The position numbers and the translations under genes were made by a program. A stretch of DNA of 64,000 bases, from contig JALGWI010000001.1 in NCBI GenBank assembly GCA_025774245.1, positions 20,599 to 84,598 on the forward strand. The letters run 5' to 3'. Position 1 is the stretch's first letter. Each line of letters starts with the position of its first letter. The stretch is from a bacterium. GTDB taxonomy: Bacteria; Joyebacterota; Joyebacteria; Joyebacterales; Joyebacteraceae. Shown in pieces: positions 28,138 through 38,261 of the stretch. The notes under the pieces are model-generated. The model saw nothing but the letters and a program-made list of their open reading frames with translations, did no database searches and had not been told where the DNA came from.

Positions 28138-28929
28138 ATGAAGATCGTCGTTCTCATCAAACAGGTTCCCGACACCACCGACGTCCGGATCGATCCGGAG
28201 ACGAACACCCTCGTCCGCGAGGGTGTTCCGTCGATCGTGAACCCGTTCGACATGTACGCGATCGAGGAGGCGCTCAAGATCCGCGAGGAGGCGGGCGACG
28301 GGACGGTGACGATCATGTCGATGGGACCGCCGCAGGTCGAAACCTCCCTCAGGGAGGCGATCGCGCTCGGTGCCGACGACGCGATCCTCCTGTCGGACCG
28401 CGCGTTCGCGGGCTCCGACACCTGGTCGACCTCGTACACGCTCGCGGCCGGGATCCGGAAGCTCGGCGTCCCCGACGTCATCCTCTGCGGCAAGCAGGCG
28501 ATCGACGGCGACACGGCGCAGGTCGGGCCGGGCGTCGCGCAGTTCCTCGACGTGCCCCAGGTCACCTGCGTGAAGAAGCTCGAGATCGCCGACGGGAAGG
28601 CCCGGGCGGAGCGCATGCTGGAGGACGGGCACGACGTCCTCACGGTGTCGCTCCCGGCCGTCTTCACCGTCGTGAAGGAGCTCAACGAGCCCAGGCTTCC
28701 CTCACTCAAGGGGAAGATGAAGGCAAAGAAGGCGGAGATCACGGTGTGGGGACAGGACGACCTCGAGGTCGATCCTGCCGAGCTGGGGCTCGACGGGTCG
28801 CCCACGCGGGTCATCCGGATCTTCGCGCCGGAGCCGCGCGCATCCGGCACCGTCTTCGAGGGCGAGATCGACGAGACCGTCGAGTCGCTGGCGAAAGAGC
28901 TCGTCTCGATCCTGACGGGCGAGGCGTAA
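28138..28929 (+). CDS. etfB: Electron transfer flavoprotein beta subunit
   Basis: KQVPDT, NPFD..AIEEAL, DRAFAGSDTWST, CGKQAIDGDTAQVG, NEPRLP, GSPTRV. Confidence 0.93.
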   Translation: MKIVVLIKQVPDTTDVRIDPETNTLVREGVPSIVNPFDMYAIEEALKIREEAGDGTVTIMSMGPPQVETSLREAIALGADDAILLSDRAFAGSDTWSTSYTLAAGIRKLGVPDVILCGKQAIDGDTAQVGPGVAQFLDVPQVTCVKKLEIADGKARAERMLEDGHDVLTVSLPAVFTVVKELNEPRLPSLKGKMKAKKAEITVWGQDDLEVDPAELGLDGSPTRVIRIFAPEPRASGTVFEGEIDETVESLAKELVSILTGEA

Positions 28930-28987
28930 GAGGGCCGGGCACCGGGGCAGGCCCCACGGCGGGCCCCATCGGCCAGGGAGTGCGGCG

Positions 28988-30184
28988 TTGAGCAGTATCG
29001 AGGTCATCAGGGACCGCTGCGTCGGCTGCGAGCTCTGCATCAAGGCCTGTCTCTACGACGCCATCGAGATGCAGGACGGCATCGCCGTCATCAAGGACAA
29101 CTGCACGCTCTGCGGCGCGTGCGTCGAGCCGTGCAAGTTCGACGCGATCATCCTGAGACACGAGGCCGTGCACGAGCGCGCGCCGATCGGCGACTTCCGG
29201 GGTGTCTGGGTCGTGGCCGAGCAGCGCGGCGGCGAGATGCACGGCGTCTCGTACGAGCTTCTCGGCAAGGGGAGGGAGCTCGCCGACACGCTCGGAACGA
29301 CGCTCGGGGCCATCCTGATCGGCAGCGGCGTCGAGGACCTCGCTCCCGACCTCATCGCGCACGGCGCCGACACGGTCTACGTGGCCGACGATCCCGCGCT
29401 TACGCACTACCTCGACGAGCCCTACGCGGCCGTCGTCGCCTCGCTCATCGACGAGCACAAGCCCGAGATTGTTCTCACCGGCGCGACGTCGACCGGGAGG
29501 TCGCTCATTCCGCGGGTCGCGATCTCGGTGCGCTCGGGGCTCACGGCCGACTGCACCGGCCTCGCGATCGACGACGAGAAGGGTCTCCTGCTCCAGACGC
29601 GCCCCGCGTTCGGCGGAAACATCATGGCCACGATCGTCTGCCCGGACCACCGTCCCCAGATGGCGACGGTGCGGCACAAAGTCATGACGGCGCTCGAGCC
29701 CGACGCCACCCGGAAGGGCGAGGTCGTGAAGAAGACCGTCACCGCAGACCTCCTCGCGTCGCGTTCGGCGTTCGTCGAGTTCGTGAAGGACCTCACGCAG
29801 ACCGTGAACATCGCCGAGGCCGACATCATCGTCTCCGGCGGCCGCGGCCTCGGGGGGCCCGAGAACTTCAAGGTCGTGGAGGAGCTCGCCGAGACGCTCG
29901 GCGGCGCCGTCGGGGCGTCGCGCGCGGCGGTCGACGCGGGGTGGATTCCGTACTCGCACCAGGTGGGTCAGACCGGCAAGACCGTCCAGCCGAAGCTCTA
30001 CGTCGCCTGCGGCATCTCGGGCGCCGTGCAGCACCTCGCAGGCATGCAGTCCTCCAAGTGCATCGTCGCCGTGAACAAGGACCCCGACGCGCCGATCTTC
30101 AAGGCCGCGACCTTCGGGATCGTCGGCGACGTCTTCGAAGTGCTCCCCGCGCTCAAGAAGAGGCTCGAGAAGGAACTCGGGTAG
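28988..30184 (+). CDS. etfA: Electron transfer flavoprotein alpha subunit with N-terminal 2x[4Fe-4S] domain
   Basis: CVGCELCIKAC and CTLCGACVEPC, then GLTADC, RPAFGGN, RPQMATVR, VSGGRG, QVGQTG, GISGAVQH. Confidence 0.92.
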   Translation: MSSIEVIRDRCVGCELCIKACLYDAIEMQDGIAVIKDNCTLCGACVEPCKFDAIILRHEAVHERAPIGDFRGVWVVAEQRGGEMHGVSYELLGKGRELADTLGTTLGAILIGSGVEDLAPDLIAHGADTVYVADDPALTHYLDEPYAAVVASLIDEHKPEIVLTGATSTGRSLIPRVAISVRSGLTADCTGLAIDDEKGLLLQTRPAFGGNIMATIVCPDHRPQMATVRHKVMTALEPDATRKGEVVKKTVTADLLASRSAFVEFVKDLTQTVNIAEADIIVSGGRGLGGPENFKVVEELAETLGGAVGASRAAVDAGWIPYSHQVGQTGKTVQPKLYVACGISGAVQHLAGMQSSKCIVAVNKDPDAPIFKAATFGIVGDVFEVLPALKKRLEKELG

Positions 30185-30337
30185 CCCACACGACAATCGG
30201 GTCGAGATCCCCCGGGCACCCGGTGTCCCGCCGGAGGAGAAGGGCCTCGCCGGAGACACGAGCATCCTCCCGCCGTGGGCGCTATCAATCGAGGATCTTC
30301 CACAAGACTGGCTTCAGCGCCTCCATCGTGTATGCAG

Positions 30338-30366
30338 TTGACATCAAAGTCTGCACGCAGTATACT
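30338..30366 (+). promoter_or_regulatory. Near-consensus sigma70 promoter for the beta-helix protein pair
   Basis: TTGACA-N17-TATACT, flanked by imperfect inverted TGCAG/CTGCA motifs. Confidence 0.7.
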
Positions 30367-30489
30367 ATCGTCCAATTCGACTGCAACCCAATCACGAAGC
30401 TCCCTGCCAGGGAGCGTGTCTGCGCGCGGCAGCACTACCTCACGTGAGCCCCTCGCTGCGACGCAGTGCGTCCGAAACCGGAGGTGGAG

Positions 30490-33156
30490 ATGAGACCGCT
30501 CGCGACCATGCTCCTCGTTCTGGCGCTTGCTGTGGGTGCGAACGCCGGCCAGAACCCCGACATCAACATCTTCATCGAGTTCAACAACGGCGAGAACCGG
30601 ATCGATCCCGCAGTGAACGATCTGATCTCGGCCTACGTCTGCTTCGAGAACTTCGGCGACGGGGGCGGGATGACCGGAGCCGAGTTCCGGTTCAACAGGA
30701 CGTTTGGCGGGATGAAGCTCGGCGAGACGAACCTCCTCGGTGGCATCGAGCTGGGCGATCCGGAGACAGGCGACGGGTGGTCAATCACGGCCCCGTCCTG
30801 CGTGTTCCCGGACCCTGGAGGAGTCGTGGTCGCGGCGAAGGTGGACTACATCTTCCTGGGACCCGCCGGCATCATCGAGATCCTGCCTCATGCCCTGAAC
30901 GGGGCGAACGTCAACGACTGCTTCGCCGCCATCGACACGTGGTGCGTCCGGCTCGATCCGTCGGGGCACGGTGGGGTGTGGATGGATCCCCCGCCCGGGG
31001 ACTGCCCGTCGACCGACCCCAATCCGCACCGCTTCGACGTGCCGGCCGAGTACGAGACGATCCAGGCAGCCATCGACGCGGCGGCCCCCATGGACACGGT
31101 GTACGTGGCAGCTGGTACGTACGCGACATCGACGAACGGGGAGGTGTTCCCGATCGCGCTCGCAGACAGTGTTCTGGTGATGAGCGCGTCCGGTGCCGAG
31201 TCGACGATCGTGGACGCCGAGGATCAGGCATCGGTCTTCCATGGGGGGAACACGATTCTACGGGGTCTCCTCCAGGGCTTCACGATCACCTGGGGACTGG
31301 CGGACAACGGAGGCGGCATCCACCTCGACGACGTCGGCAGCCACGTCGCCGACTTCCTCGTCGAGGACTGCATCTTCTCTGAGAACCGTGCATGGTACCA
31401 CGGCGGAGGAGCATACATGTTCCAGTCCCGGGTCGTCTTTTCGGATTGCGCGTTCGTCAACAACGAGGCTCTCTTCGAATCGGGCGGCGGCGCGTACGCG
31501 TGGTCCGATGTCGCCTCGGAACGCTCGCTCTTCGGAGGCTGCACGTTCACCGGGAATGAGGCAGGTTTCTCCGGAGGCGCTGGGGCATCCCAAGGGGATG
31601 GGGCGTTTCCGTTTGTGGGGTGCACGTTTGTCGGAAACAGCGCCGAGGGGGAAGGCGGAGCGCTGCAGATCCCGAGCTCGGTGAGCTCTTGTATCTTCAT
31701 CGGCAACTTCGCTGGCTTCGGCGGGGCGTTGCACCATGCAGGCTGGGTGCGGGATTCGGTCTTCTGGGGCAACTGGGCCGAGTTTGGCGGGGCGATCCGC
31801 AACGCGTCCTCCGTCGAGAACTGCACGTTCGTGGGAAACGACCCCAGCGCCATCGACACCTCGAGTGGGGCCGAGGTGGTCCTCGTGGACAGCTCGCTGG
31901 TGGCGTTCAACACGGGGGGACCGGCGATCCCGTGTACCTTCGGGCCCGCGACGCTCACCGGCTGCAACGTGTACGGTAACGCTGGGGGCGACTGGGTGGG
32001 GTGCATAGCCGACCAGTACTGGTCGAGCGGGAACATATCCTTCGACCCTCTGTTCTGTGATGAGGAGGGCGGCGACTTCACGCTCTGCGAGAGTTCCCCG
32101 TGCGCGGCGGACAACAACCAGTACGGGGGGCGGATCGGCGCGCTGGGCGTGGGCTGCTCCGGGTGCGGGATCACGTCGATCCTGAACGTCCTCGACGTCC
32201 CGAATGACCAGGGCCGGTTCGCGCGTGTCAGCTGGGGGAGATCCCGCTTCGACGGCCCGGGGATGTTCGATCAGATCACGGGGTACGAGCTTCACCGCCG
32301 ACAGGACGCCCGCGCGCCGCGAGCGCCCCGCGGCCCGGCCGAGCCTCGCATGTCTGCGAGCGCGGAAGGCTCGCTGCGCATCGGCGGATGGGACTACGTC
32401 GCGACCATACCGGCGCACGGGGACTCGCTCTACCAGTACGTTTCTCCGACACTCTGCGACTCGACGGCCGAGTTCGGCATCTGCTGGTCCGTCTTCCTCG
32501 TGCGAGCGGCCACGGAGGATCAGCTTCTCTTCTTCGACTCGCCACCGGACAGCGGGTACTCGGTCGACAACCTGGCGCCCGAGGCTCCAGCCAATCTGAT
32601 GGCGGAAGGTGGGGTTGATGTCGTCGCGCTCTCGTGGGATCCGAACGAAGAGGAGGACCTCGACTACTACGCCGTCTACCGAGATACGGTCGAGAACTTC
32701 GTCCCGACCGAGCCCATCGGCTACACGACGGACGAGCTGTTCGAGGACGCGAACCCTCCGGTGGCGCCGGAGCTGTGGTACCGGGTGACGGCCTTCGACT
32801 TCAGCGGGAACGAGAGCGAGCCGTCGGCCTCGGCAGGCGCGACGGCGACGGGCGTCGAGGCCGAACCTCTCCCGACCACGCTCGTCCTCCACGGTAACTT
32901 CCCCAACCCCTTCAATCCGTCGACGGAGATCGTGTTCGGACTCCCGGCCGCGACCTCCGTGACGATCACCGTCTATGACGTCAGCGGGCGCGCGGTCAGG
33001 CGACTTCTCAAGGACGCGCGCACGGAAGCCGGCTCGCACACGGTGCGGTGGGACGGCCGTGACGACGCAGGACGGATCGTCCCCTCCGGCGTCTACGTCT
33101 ACACGCTCGTCGTCGAAGAGGAGACGCTCAGGCGTCGGATGCTCTTGCTCAAGTAA
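30490..33156 (+). CDS. Secreted right-handed beta-helix (pectin-lyase fold/Pmp-like) protein with FN3 and FlgD-Ig/Por-type C-terminal domain
   Basis: Signal peptide; VPAEYETIQAAIDAA; repeated CxFxxN.A..GGA; DNLAPEAP FN3; NFPNPFNPSTEI..WDGRDD.G..VPSGVY..RRMLLLK. Confidence 0.82.
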   Translation: MRPLATMLLVLALAVGANAGQNPDINIFIEFNNGENRIDPAVNDLISAYVCFENFGDGGGMTGAEFRFNRTFGGMKLGETNLLGGIELGDPETGDGWSITAPSCVFPDPGGVVVAAKVDYIFLGPAGIIEILPHALNGANVNDCFAAIDTWCVRLDPSGHGGVWMDPPPGDCPSTDPNPHRFDVPAEYETIQAAIDAAAPMDTVYVAAGTYATSTNGEVFPIALADSVLVMSASGAESTIVDAEDQASVFHGGNTILRGLLQGFTITWGLADNGGGIHLDDVGSHVADFLVEDCIFSENRAWYHGGGAYMFQSRVVFSDCAFVNNEALFESGGGAYAWSDVASERSLFGGCTFTGNEAGFSGGAGASQGDGAFPFVGCTFVGNSAEGEGGALQIPSSVSSCIFIGNFAGFGGALHHAGWVRDSVFWGNWAEFGGAIRNASSVENCTFVGNDPSAIDTSSGAEVVLVDSSLVAFNTGGPAIPCTFGPATLTGCNVYGNAGGDWVGCIADQYWSSGNISFDPLFCDEEGGDFTLCESSPCAADNNQYGGRIGALGVGCSGCGITSILNVLDVPNDQGRFARVSWGRSRFDGPGMFDQITGYELHRRQDARAPRAPRGPAEPRMSASAEGSLRIGGWDYVATIPAHGDSLYQYVSPTLCDSTAEFGICWSVFLVRAATEDQLLFFDSPPDSGYSVDNLAPEAPANLMAEGGVDVVALSWDPNEEEDLDYYAVYRDTVENFVPTEPIGYTTDELFEDANPPVAPELWYRVTAFDFSGNESEPSASAGATATGVEAEPLPTTLVLHGNFPNPFNPSTEIVFGLPAATSVTITVYDVSGRAVRRLLKDARTEAGSHTVRWDGRDDAGRIVPSGVYVYTLVVEEETLRRRMLLLK

Positions 33157-33248
33157 CGGGCACTGCGCCCGGATGGATGGGCCTCGCGCGGGCGAGGCGA
33201 GCGCGGGATAGCGGCCGCGCCCTGGACACCAGACGGAGGAAACGGACG

Positions 33249-36200
33249 ATGAGACGACTGCTGCTCGCGCTGCTCGCGATGTTCGTGGCTGTCGGCGTGA
33301 TCCAGGCCGGCCAGAATCCCGACATCAACATCTTCATCGAGTTCGACAACGGCGAGAACCGAATCGACCCGGTGACCAACCAGTTCTTCTCGGCCTACGT
33401 CTGCTTCGAGAACTTCGGTCCCGGCGGGGGGATGACCGCCGCCGAGTTCCGGTTCAACAGGACCTTCGGCGGGTTGAAGCTCGGCGAGACGAACCTCCTC
33501 GGTGGCATCGACCTGGGCGATCCGGAGACGGGAGACGGCTGGACGATCTCCGCTCCGTCCTGCGTGTTCCCAGACGCCGGAGGAGTCGTGGTCGCGGCAA
33601 AAGTGGACTACCTCTTCCAGGGACCCGCTGGCATCATCGAGGTTCTGCCTCATGCCCTGAGCGGGGCGAACGTCAACGACTGCTTCGCCGCCGTCGACAC
33701 GTGGTGCGTGCGGCTCGATCCGCCCGGACACGGAGGCGTGTGGACGGATCCCCCGCCCGGGGACTGCGAATCGACCGATCCGAACCCGCACCGCTTCGAC
33801 GTCCCTTCCGAGTACGCGACGATCCAGGCAGCCATCAACGCGGCAGCCATCGGGGACACCGTGTACGTGGCAGCCGGCACCTACGCGACGTCGACGAACG
33901 GCGAGACCTTCCCGATCATGCTCCGCGAGGGACAGACGGTGATGAGCGAGTCGGGAGCCCTGTCGACGACCGTTGACGCCGAGGGACAGAACACGGTCCT
34001 CGAAGCGATGACCCTGACCTCGCCCGTTCTGCTCAAGGGCTTCAGGATCACCGGGGGAGCCGCGATGATACGAGGCGGCGGCCTCAAGTGCGAGGCGGTC
34101 GACGCACTCACGGTCGAGAACTGCATGTTCAATTCGAACAGCTCGCCCACCGAGGGGGGTGGAGTCTACGTCAGCAGCAGCCCGGTCGCGTTTCGCGACT
34201 GCGCGATCTCCTACAACGACAGCTACAATGGTGCCGGTGTGTACTCTTGGAGCACCTCGGGAGCGGACATGCCGAGCTTCGAGGACTGCACGTTCTTCGA
34301 CAACACGGCAGTAGGGGACGGCGCCGCGGCCAAACTCGACGGCTTCGCGTTTCCGTCCTTCGACGGGTGCACCTTCGCAGGAAACAGCGCTGGCGGGAAC
34401 GGCGGAGCGCTGCATCAACCGGGCGACGTGATCGACTGCGTGTTCTGGGCGAACACCGCAGTCGAGGGTGGTGCCGTGTACGACGCCTGGTTCATTGACA
34501 GATGTCTGTTCTGGGAGAACGAGGCCACGCTGACGGGCGGGGCCGTGGTGGGCGGCTACCAGCTGAACCGGAGCACCTTCGTGGGCAACATCCCGAACGT
34601 CCTCTTCTGCAACGGCGACGACGTGGCCATGTACAGTGACATCCTCGCGTTCAACGGGGGCGAGCCGATCGTGCCTCCCGGCGGCAGCGCCACGCTCTCC
34701 TGCAGCGACGTGTACGGTAACGCCGCCGGCGATTGGGTCGGGTGCATCGCCGGTCAGCTCGGCGTGAGCGGGAACATCTCCCAGAATCCTCTCTTTTGTG
34801 ACGCGGAGGTTGGCGACTTCTATCTCTGTGCCGACTCGCCGTGCGCGGAGGAGAACAACCCCACGTGCCTGCAGATCGGCTTCTACGGCGTCGGCTGCGC
34901 GGGCTGCTGGACAGGCCCTGTCCATGAGGTCCCCGGCGAGTACGCGACGATCCAGGCGGCGATCGACGCAGCGGCGCCGGGCGACACGGTGCTCGTCGCC
35001 GCCGGCACCTACGCTACCTCCACGAACGGCGAGTCGTTCCCGATCACGCTCCGCGAGGGACAGACGGTGATGAGCGAGTCGGGAGCCCTGTCGACGATCG
35101 TGGATGCCGAGGGGCAGGCCACAGTACTCGAAGCGCTGTACCTGACGTCGCCTGTTCTGCTCAATGGCTTCAAGATCACCGGGGGAAACGCGATGTTGCG
35201 CGGAGGCGGCCTCAGATGCGAGTCGGTCGAAGCGCTCACGGTCCTGAACTGCGCGTTCGACTCGAATAGCTCGCCCACCGAGGGCGGTGGAGTTTACGTC
35301 TCAGGCAGCCCGGTCGGGTTTCATAACTGCTCGATCACCTTCAACGAGAGCGGCGATGGTGGCGGTGTAAGCTGCTGGAGCAGCGCAGTCTGGGAGGTGC
35401 CGAGCTTCGAAGACTGCACAATCTCCTACAACACGGCTGCAGGGGACGGCGGAGCGGCGAAGCTCAACGGCTTCGAGTTTCCGTCTTTCGAGGGATGCAC
35501 CTTCGCGTGGAACACTGCCGGCGGGAACGGCGGAGCGCTGTACGAACCGGGCGACGTGATCGACTGCGTGTTCTGGGGGAACGCGGCAATCGAGGGGGGC
35601 GCGGTGTACGACGCCTCGTTCGTGGACAGGTGCCTCTTCCGGGAGAACGTGGGGCTCGCAACAGGCGGCGCTGTGGTCGGCGGCTTCCAGTTGAACCGGA
35701 GCACCTTCGTGGGCAACAGCCCGAACGTCCTCGACTGCAACGGCGACGACGTGGCCATGTACAGCGACATCGTGGCGTTCAACGAGGGCGAACCCATCGT
35801 GGATAGCGGCGGAAGTGCGACACTGGCCTGCTGCGACGTGTTCGGGAACGCCGCAGGTGACTGGGTGGGAAGCATATCGGGCCAGAATGGAGTGACCGGG
35901 AACATCTCCCTGAACCCCCTCTTCTGCGATGCAGAGATCGGTGACTTCGAGCTCTGTGCAGACTCTCCGTGTGCGGAGGAGAACAACCCCGTGTGCCTGC
36001 AGATCGGCGTCTACGGTGGTGGATGCGCCGAATGCTGGTTCGGGCCGGTGCACGAGGTCCCTGCCGAGTACGCGACGATCCAGGCGGCGATCGACGCGGC
36101 GGCGCCGGGCGACACAGTACTGGTCGCGGCGGGGACCTACGCGACGTCGACGAACGGCGAGTCGTTCCCGATCACCTTGCGGGACGGCGTACTCGTGATG

Positions 36201-38156
36201 AGCGAGTCGGGAGCCCCGTCGACGATCGTGGATGCCGAAGACCAGGACACGGTCTTCCGGGCGGAGGGCCCGGCCTCGCCAGAGCTTCTGCAGGGCTTCA
36301 CGATCATGAGAGGAAGCGGGGCAATCGAGGGTGGCGGGATCTTCTGCGCTCTCGTCGAGGGGTTCACGATCGAGGACTGCACCTTCTCCGACAACGAGGC
36401 GCTCCTGCGGGGAGGCGGAGCGTACCTCAACTACAGCCCCGTCAGCTTCCGTGGCTGCACGTTTACCGGCAACAGTGCTGTCCTGGAGGATGGCGGCGGC
36501 GTGTATGTATGGGCCGACATCTCCGGAACGGCGCCGGACTTCGAGGACTGTTCGTTTCTGGGGAACACCAGCGGAAACGACGGTGGTGCGGCATGTACCA
36601 TCGGGGCCACAGCCTCCTGGTTCGTTCGGTGCACCTTCCTGGGGAACAGCGCCGACCGCAACGGCGGGGCCGTGGACCTGGCAAACAACGTGCGTGACTG
36701 CGTGTTCGCTCTGAACACGGCGGAGTATGGGGGGGCGCTCTACAACCCCACGACTGTGCACGGCTGCGTCTTCTGGGCGAACTCGGCGACATTGGGCGGG
36801 GCGGTAACCAGTGCCTTCTCGGTGTCCCAGTGTACCTTCGTGGGCAACAGCCCGAACGCCATCGACTGCGGCGGGGATGACACGGACATAGAGAACACCA
36901 TCGTGGCGTTCAACTTCGGTGGTGAGCCGATCGTGTGCTCCGGCGGCAACCCGACGCTCATCTGCTGCGACGTGTACGGCAACGCCGGCCCCGACTGGGG
37001 CGAGTGCACATCCGGCCAGTACGGAGTCAACGGGAACATCTCCGTCGACCCGCTGTTCTGCGACCACGAGAACGGCGACTTTACGCTGTGCGTGGGCTCA
37101 TCGTGTGCCGAGGGGAACAACCCCGGGTGCGGCCAGATCGGTGCTCTCGGTGTCGACTGCGACGACTGCGGGGACGCCACGATCCTGAGCGTCATCGACG
37201 TCCCGGACGACCAGGGGAGATTCGCGAGGGTCAGGTGGGCGAAGTCGCCCTTGGACACTCCCGGCAATCTCCTCGCCATCACCGGGTACGAGCTGCACCG
37301 CCGTCAGGACGGCCGAGCGCGCGACTCCGAAGAGCTGGCGGCGTCCACTCCGGTGGCGCCTCCGGCGGGATCCCCGCGGATGGACGGGTGGGACTACGTC
37401 ACCATGATCCCGGCGCACGGAGACTCCGTCTACCAGTACGTCTCTCCGACGCTCTGCGACTCGACGGCCGAGTCCGGAATCTGCTGGTCGGTCTTCCTCG
37501 TGAGGTCGGCGACCGATGATCCCTTCCTCTACTTCGATTCCCCGCCCGACAGCGGGTACTCGGTCGACAACCTCGCGCCTGAGGCTCCGACCAGTCTGAT
37601 GGCGGATGGCGACGTCGGTGTCGTCGCGCTCGTGTGGGATCCGAACGAGGAAGAGGATCTCGACTACTACGCGGTCTACCGCGATACCGTCGAGGACTTC
37701 GTGCCGAGCGAGCCGATCGGCTTCACGACGGACGAGCTGTTCGAGGACACCGATCTGCCCGCGGTCCCGGAGCTGTGGTATCGCGTGACGGCCTTCGACT
37801 TCAGCGGGAACGAGAGCGAACCGTCGGCATCGGCGGCCGCGACGGCGACGGGCGTCGAGGCCGAACCTGTCCCGACCGCGTTGGTGCTCAATGGCAACTT
37901 CCCCAACCCCTTCAATCCGTCGACGGAGATCGGGTTCGGACTCCCGACGGCGACCTCCGTGACACTCACCATCTATGGCGTCAGCGGCCGGGTGGTCAGG
38001 CGGCTCGTCACGGGCTCTCGCATGGAGGCCGGCACTCACGCGGTGCGCTGGGACGGCCGCGACGATGCCGGACGGGTCGTTCCCTCGGGTGTCTACGTCT
38101 ACACCCTCGTCGCCGACGAGGAGACACTCCGGCGTCGGATGCTCCTGCTGAAGTAG
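33249..38156 (+). CDS. Secreted paralogue with three tandem beta-helix modules, FN3 and FlgD-Ig/Por-type C-terminal domain
   Basis: Same N- and C-terminal domains as the upstream gene. Three modules each start with EYATIQAAI. Confidence 0.82.
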   Translation: MRRLLLALLAMFVAVGVIQAGQNPDINIFIEFDNGENRIDPVTNQFFSAYVCFENFGPGGGMTAAEFRFNRTFGGLKLGETNLLGGIDLGDPETGDGWTISAPSCVFPDAGGVVVAAKVDYLFQGPAGIIEVLPHALSGANVNDCFAAVDTWCVRLDPPGHGGVWTDPPPGDCESTDPNPHRFDVPSEYATIQAAINAAAIGDTVYVAAGTYATSTNGETFPIMLREGQTVMSESGALSTTVDAEGQNTVLEAMTLTSPVLLKGFRITGGAAMIRGGGLKCEAVDALTVENCMFNSNSSPTEGGGVYVSSSPVAFRDCAISYNDSYNGAGVYSWSTSGADMPSFEDCTFFDNTAVGDGAAAKLDGFAFPSFDGCTFAGNSAGGNGGALHQPGDVIDCVFWANTAVEGGAVYDAWFIDRCLFWENEATLTGGAVVGGYQLNRSTFVGNIPNVLFCNGDDVAMYSDILAFNGGEPIVPPGGSATLSCSDVYGNAAGDWVGCIAGQLGVSGNISQNPLFCDAEVGDFYLCADSPCAEENNPTCLQIGFYGVGCAGCWTGPVHEVPGEYATIQAAIDAAAPGDTVLVAAGTYATSTNGESFPITLREGQTVMSESGALSTIVDAEGQATVLEALYLTSPVLLNGFKITGGNAMLRGGGLRCESVEALTVLNCAFDSNSSPTEGGGVYVSGSPVGFHNCSITFNESGDGGGVSCWSSAVWEVPSFEDCTISYNTAAGDGGAAKLNGFEFPSFEGCTFAWNTAGGNGGALYEPGDVIDCVFWGNAAIEGGAVYDASFVDRCLFRENVGLATGGAVVGGFQLNRSTFVGNSPNVLDCNGDDVAMYSDIVAFNEGEPIVDSGGSATLACCDVFGNAAGDWVGSISGQNGVTGNISLNPLFCDAEIGDFELCADSPCAEENNPVCLQIGVYGGGCAECWFGPVHEVPAEYATIQAAIDAAAPGDTVLVAAGTYATSTNGESFPITLRDGVLVMSESGAPSTIVDAEDQDTVFRAEGPASPELLQGFTIMRGSGAIEGGGIFCALVEGFTIEDCTFSDNEALLRGGGAYLNYSPVSFRGCTFTGNSAVLEDGGGVYVWADISGTAPDFEDCSFLGNTSGNDGGAACTIGATASWFVRCTFLGNSADRNGGAVDLANNVRDCVFALNTAEYGGALYNPTTVHGCVFWANSATLGGAVTSAFSVSQCTFVGNSPNAIDCGGDDTDIENTIVAFNFGGEPIVCSGGNPTLICCDVYGNAGPDWGECTSGQYGVNGNISVDPLFCDHENGDFTLCVGSSCAEGNNPGCGQIGALGVDCDDCGDATILSVIDVPDDQGRFARVRWAKSPLDTPGNLLAITGYELHRRQDGRARDSEELAASTPVAPPAGSPRMDGWDYVTMIPAHGDSVYQYVSPTLCDSTAESGICWSVFLVRSATDDPFLYFDSPPDSGYSVDNLAPEAPTSLMADGDVGVVALVWDPNEEEDLDYYAVYRDTVEDFVPSEPIGFTTDELFEDTDLPAVPELWYRVTAFDFSGNESEPSASAAATATGVEAEPVPTALVLNGNFPNPFNPSTEIGFGLPTATSVTLTIYGVSGRVVRRLVTGSRMEAGTHAVRWDGRDDAGRVVPSGVYVYTLVADEETLRRRMLLLK
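33810..37170 (+). repeat. Intragenic tandem repeat with an 1128-bp (376-aa) period, three copies
   Basis: GAGTACGCGACGATCCAGGC starts at 33810, 34938 and 36066. Copies 1 and 2 are clearly more alike than either is to copy 3. Confidence 0.85.
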
Positions 38157-38180
38157 CGGCGCCGCTCGAGCAGATCATAC

Positions 38181-38218
38181 GAAGAGGCCCCCGGCCATGT
38201 TCGCCGGGGGCTTCTCTC
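38181..38218. terminator. Probable bidirectional terminator between convergent genes
   Basis: GAAGAGGCCCCCGGC-catgttc-GCCGGGGGCTTCTCTC stem-loop. Confidence 0.65.
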
Positions 38219-38261
38219 GTTCTCGGTCGTGTGGCTGGACTCTCGGCCGCGCTCGCCACCG

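Noticed and set aside
30490-38156. Diversity-generating retroelement or CRISPR-like array behind the repeats
   Set aside because: No reverse transcriptase or cas gene, and no short repeat-spacer pattern. The differences between copies are not visibly adenine-specific and are consistent with ordinary domain duplication.
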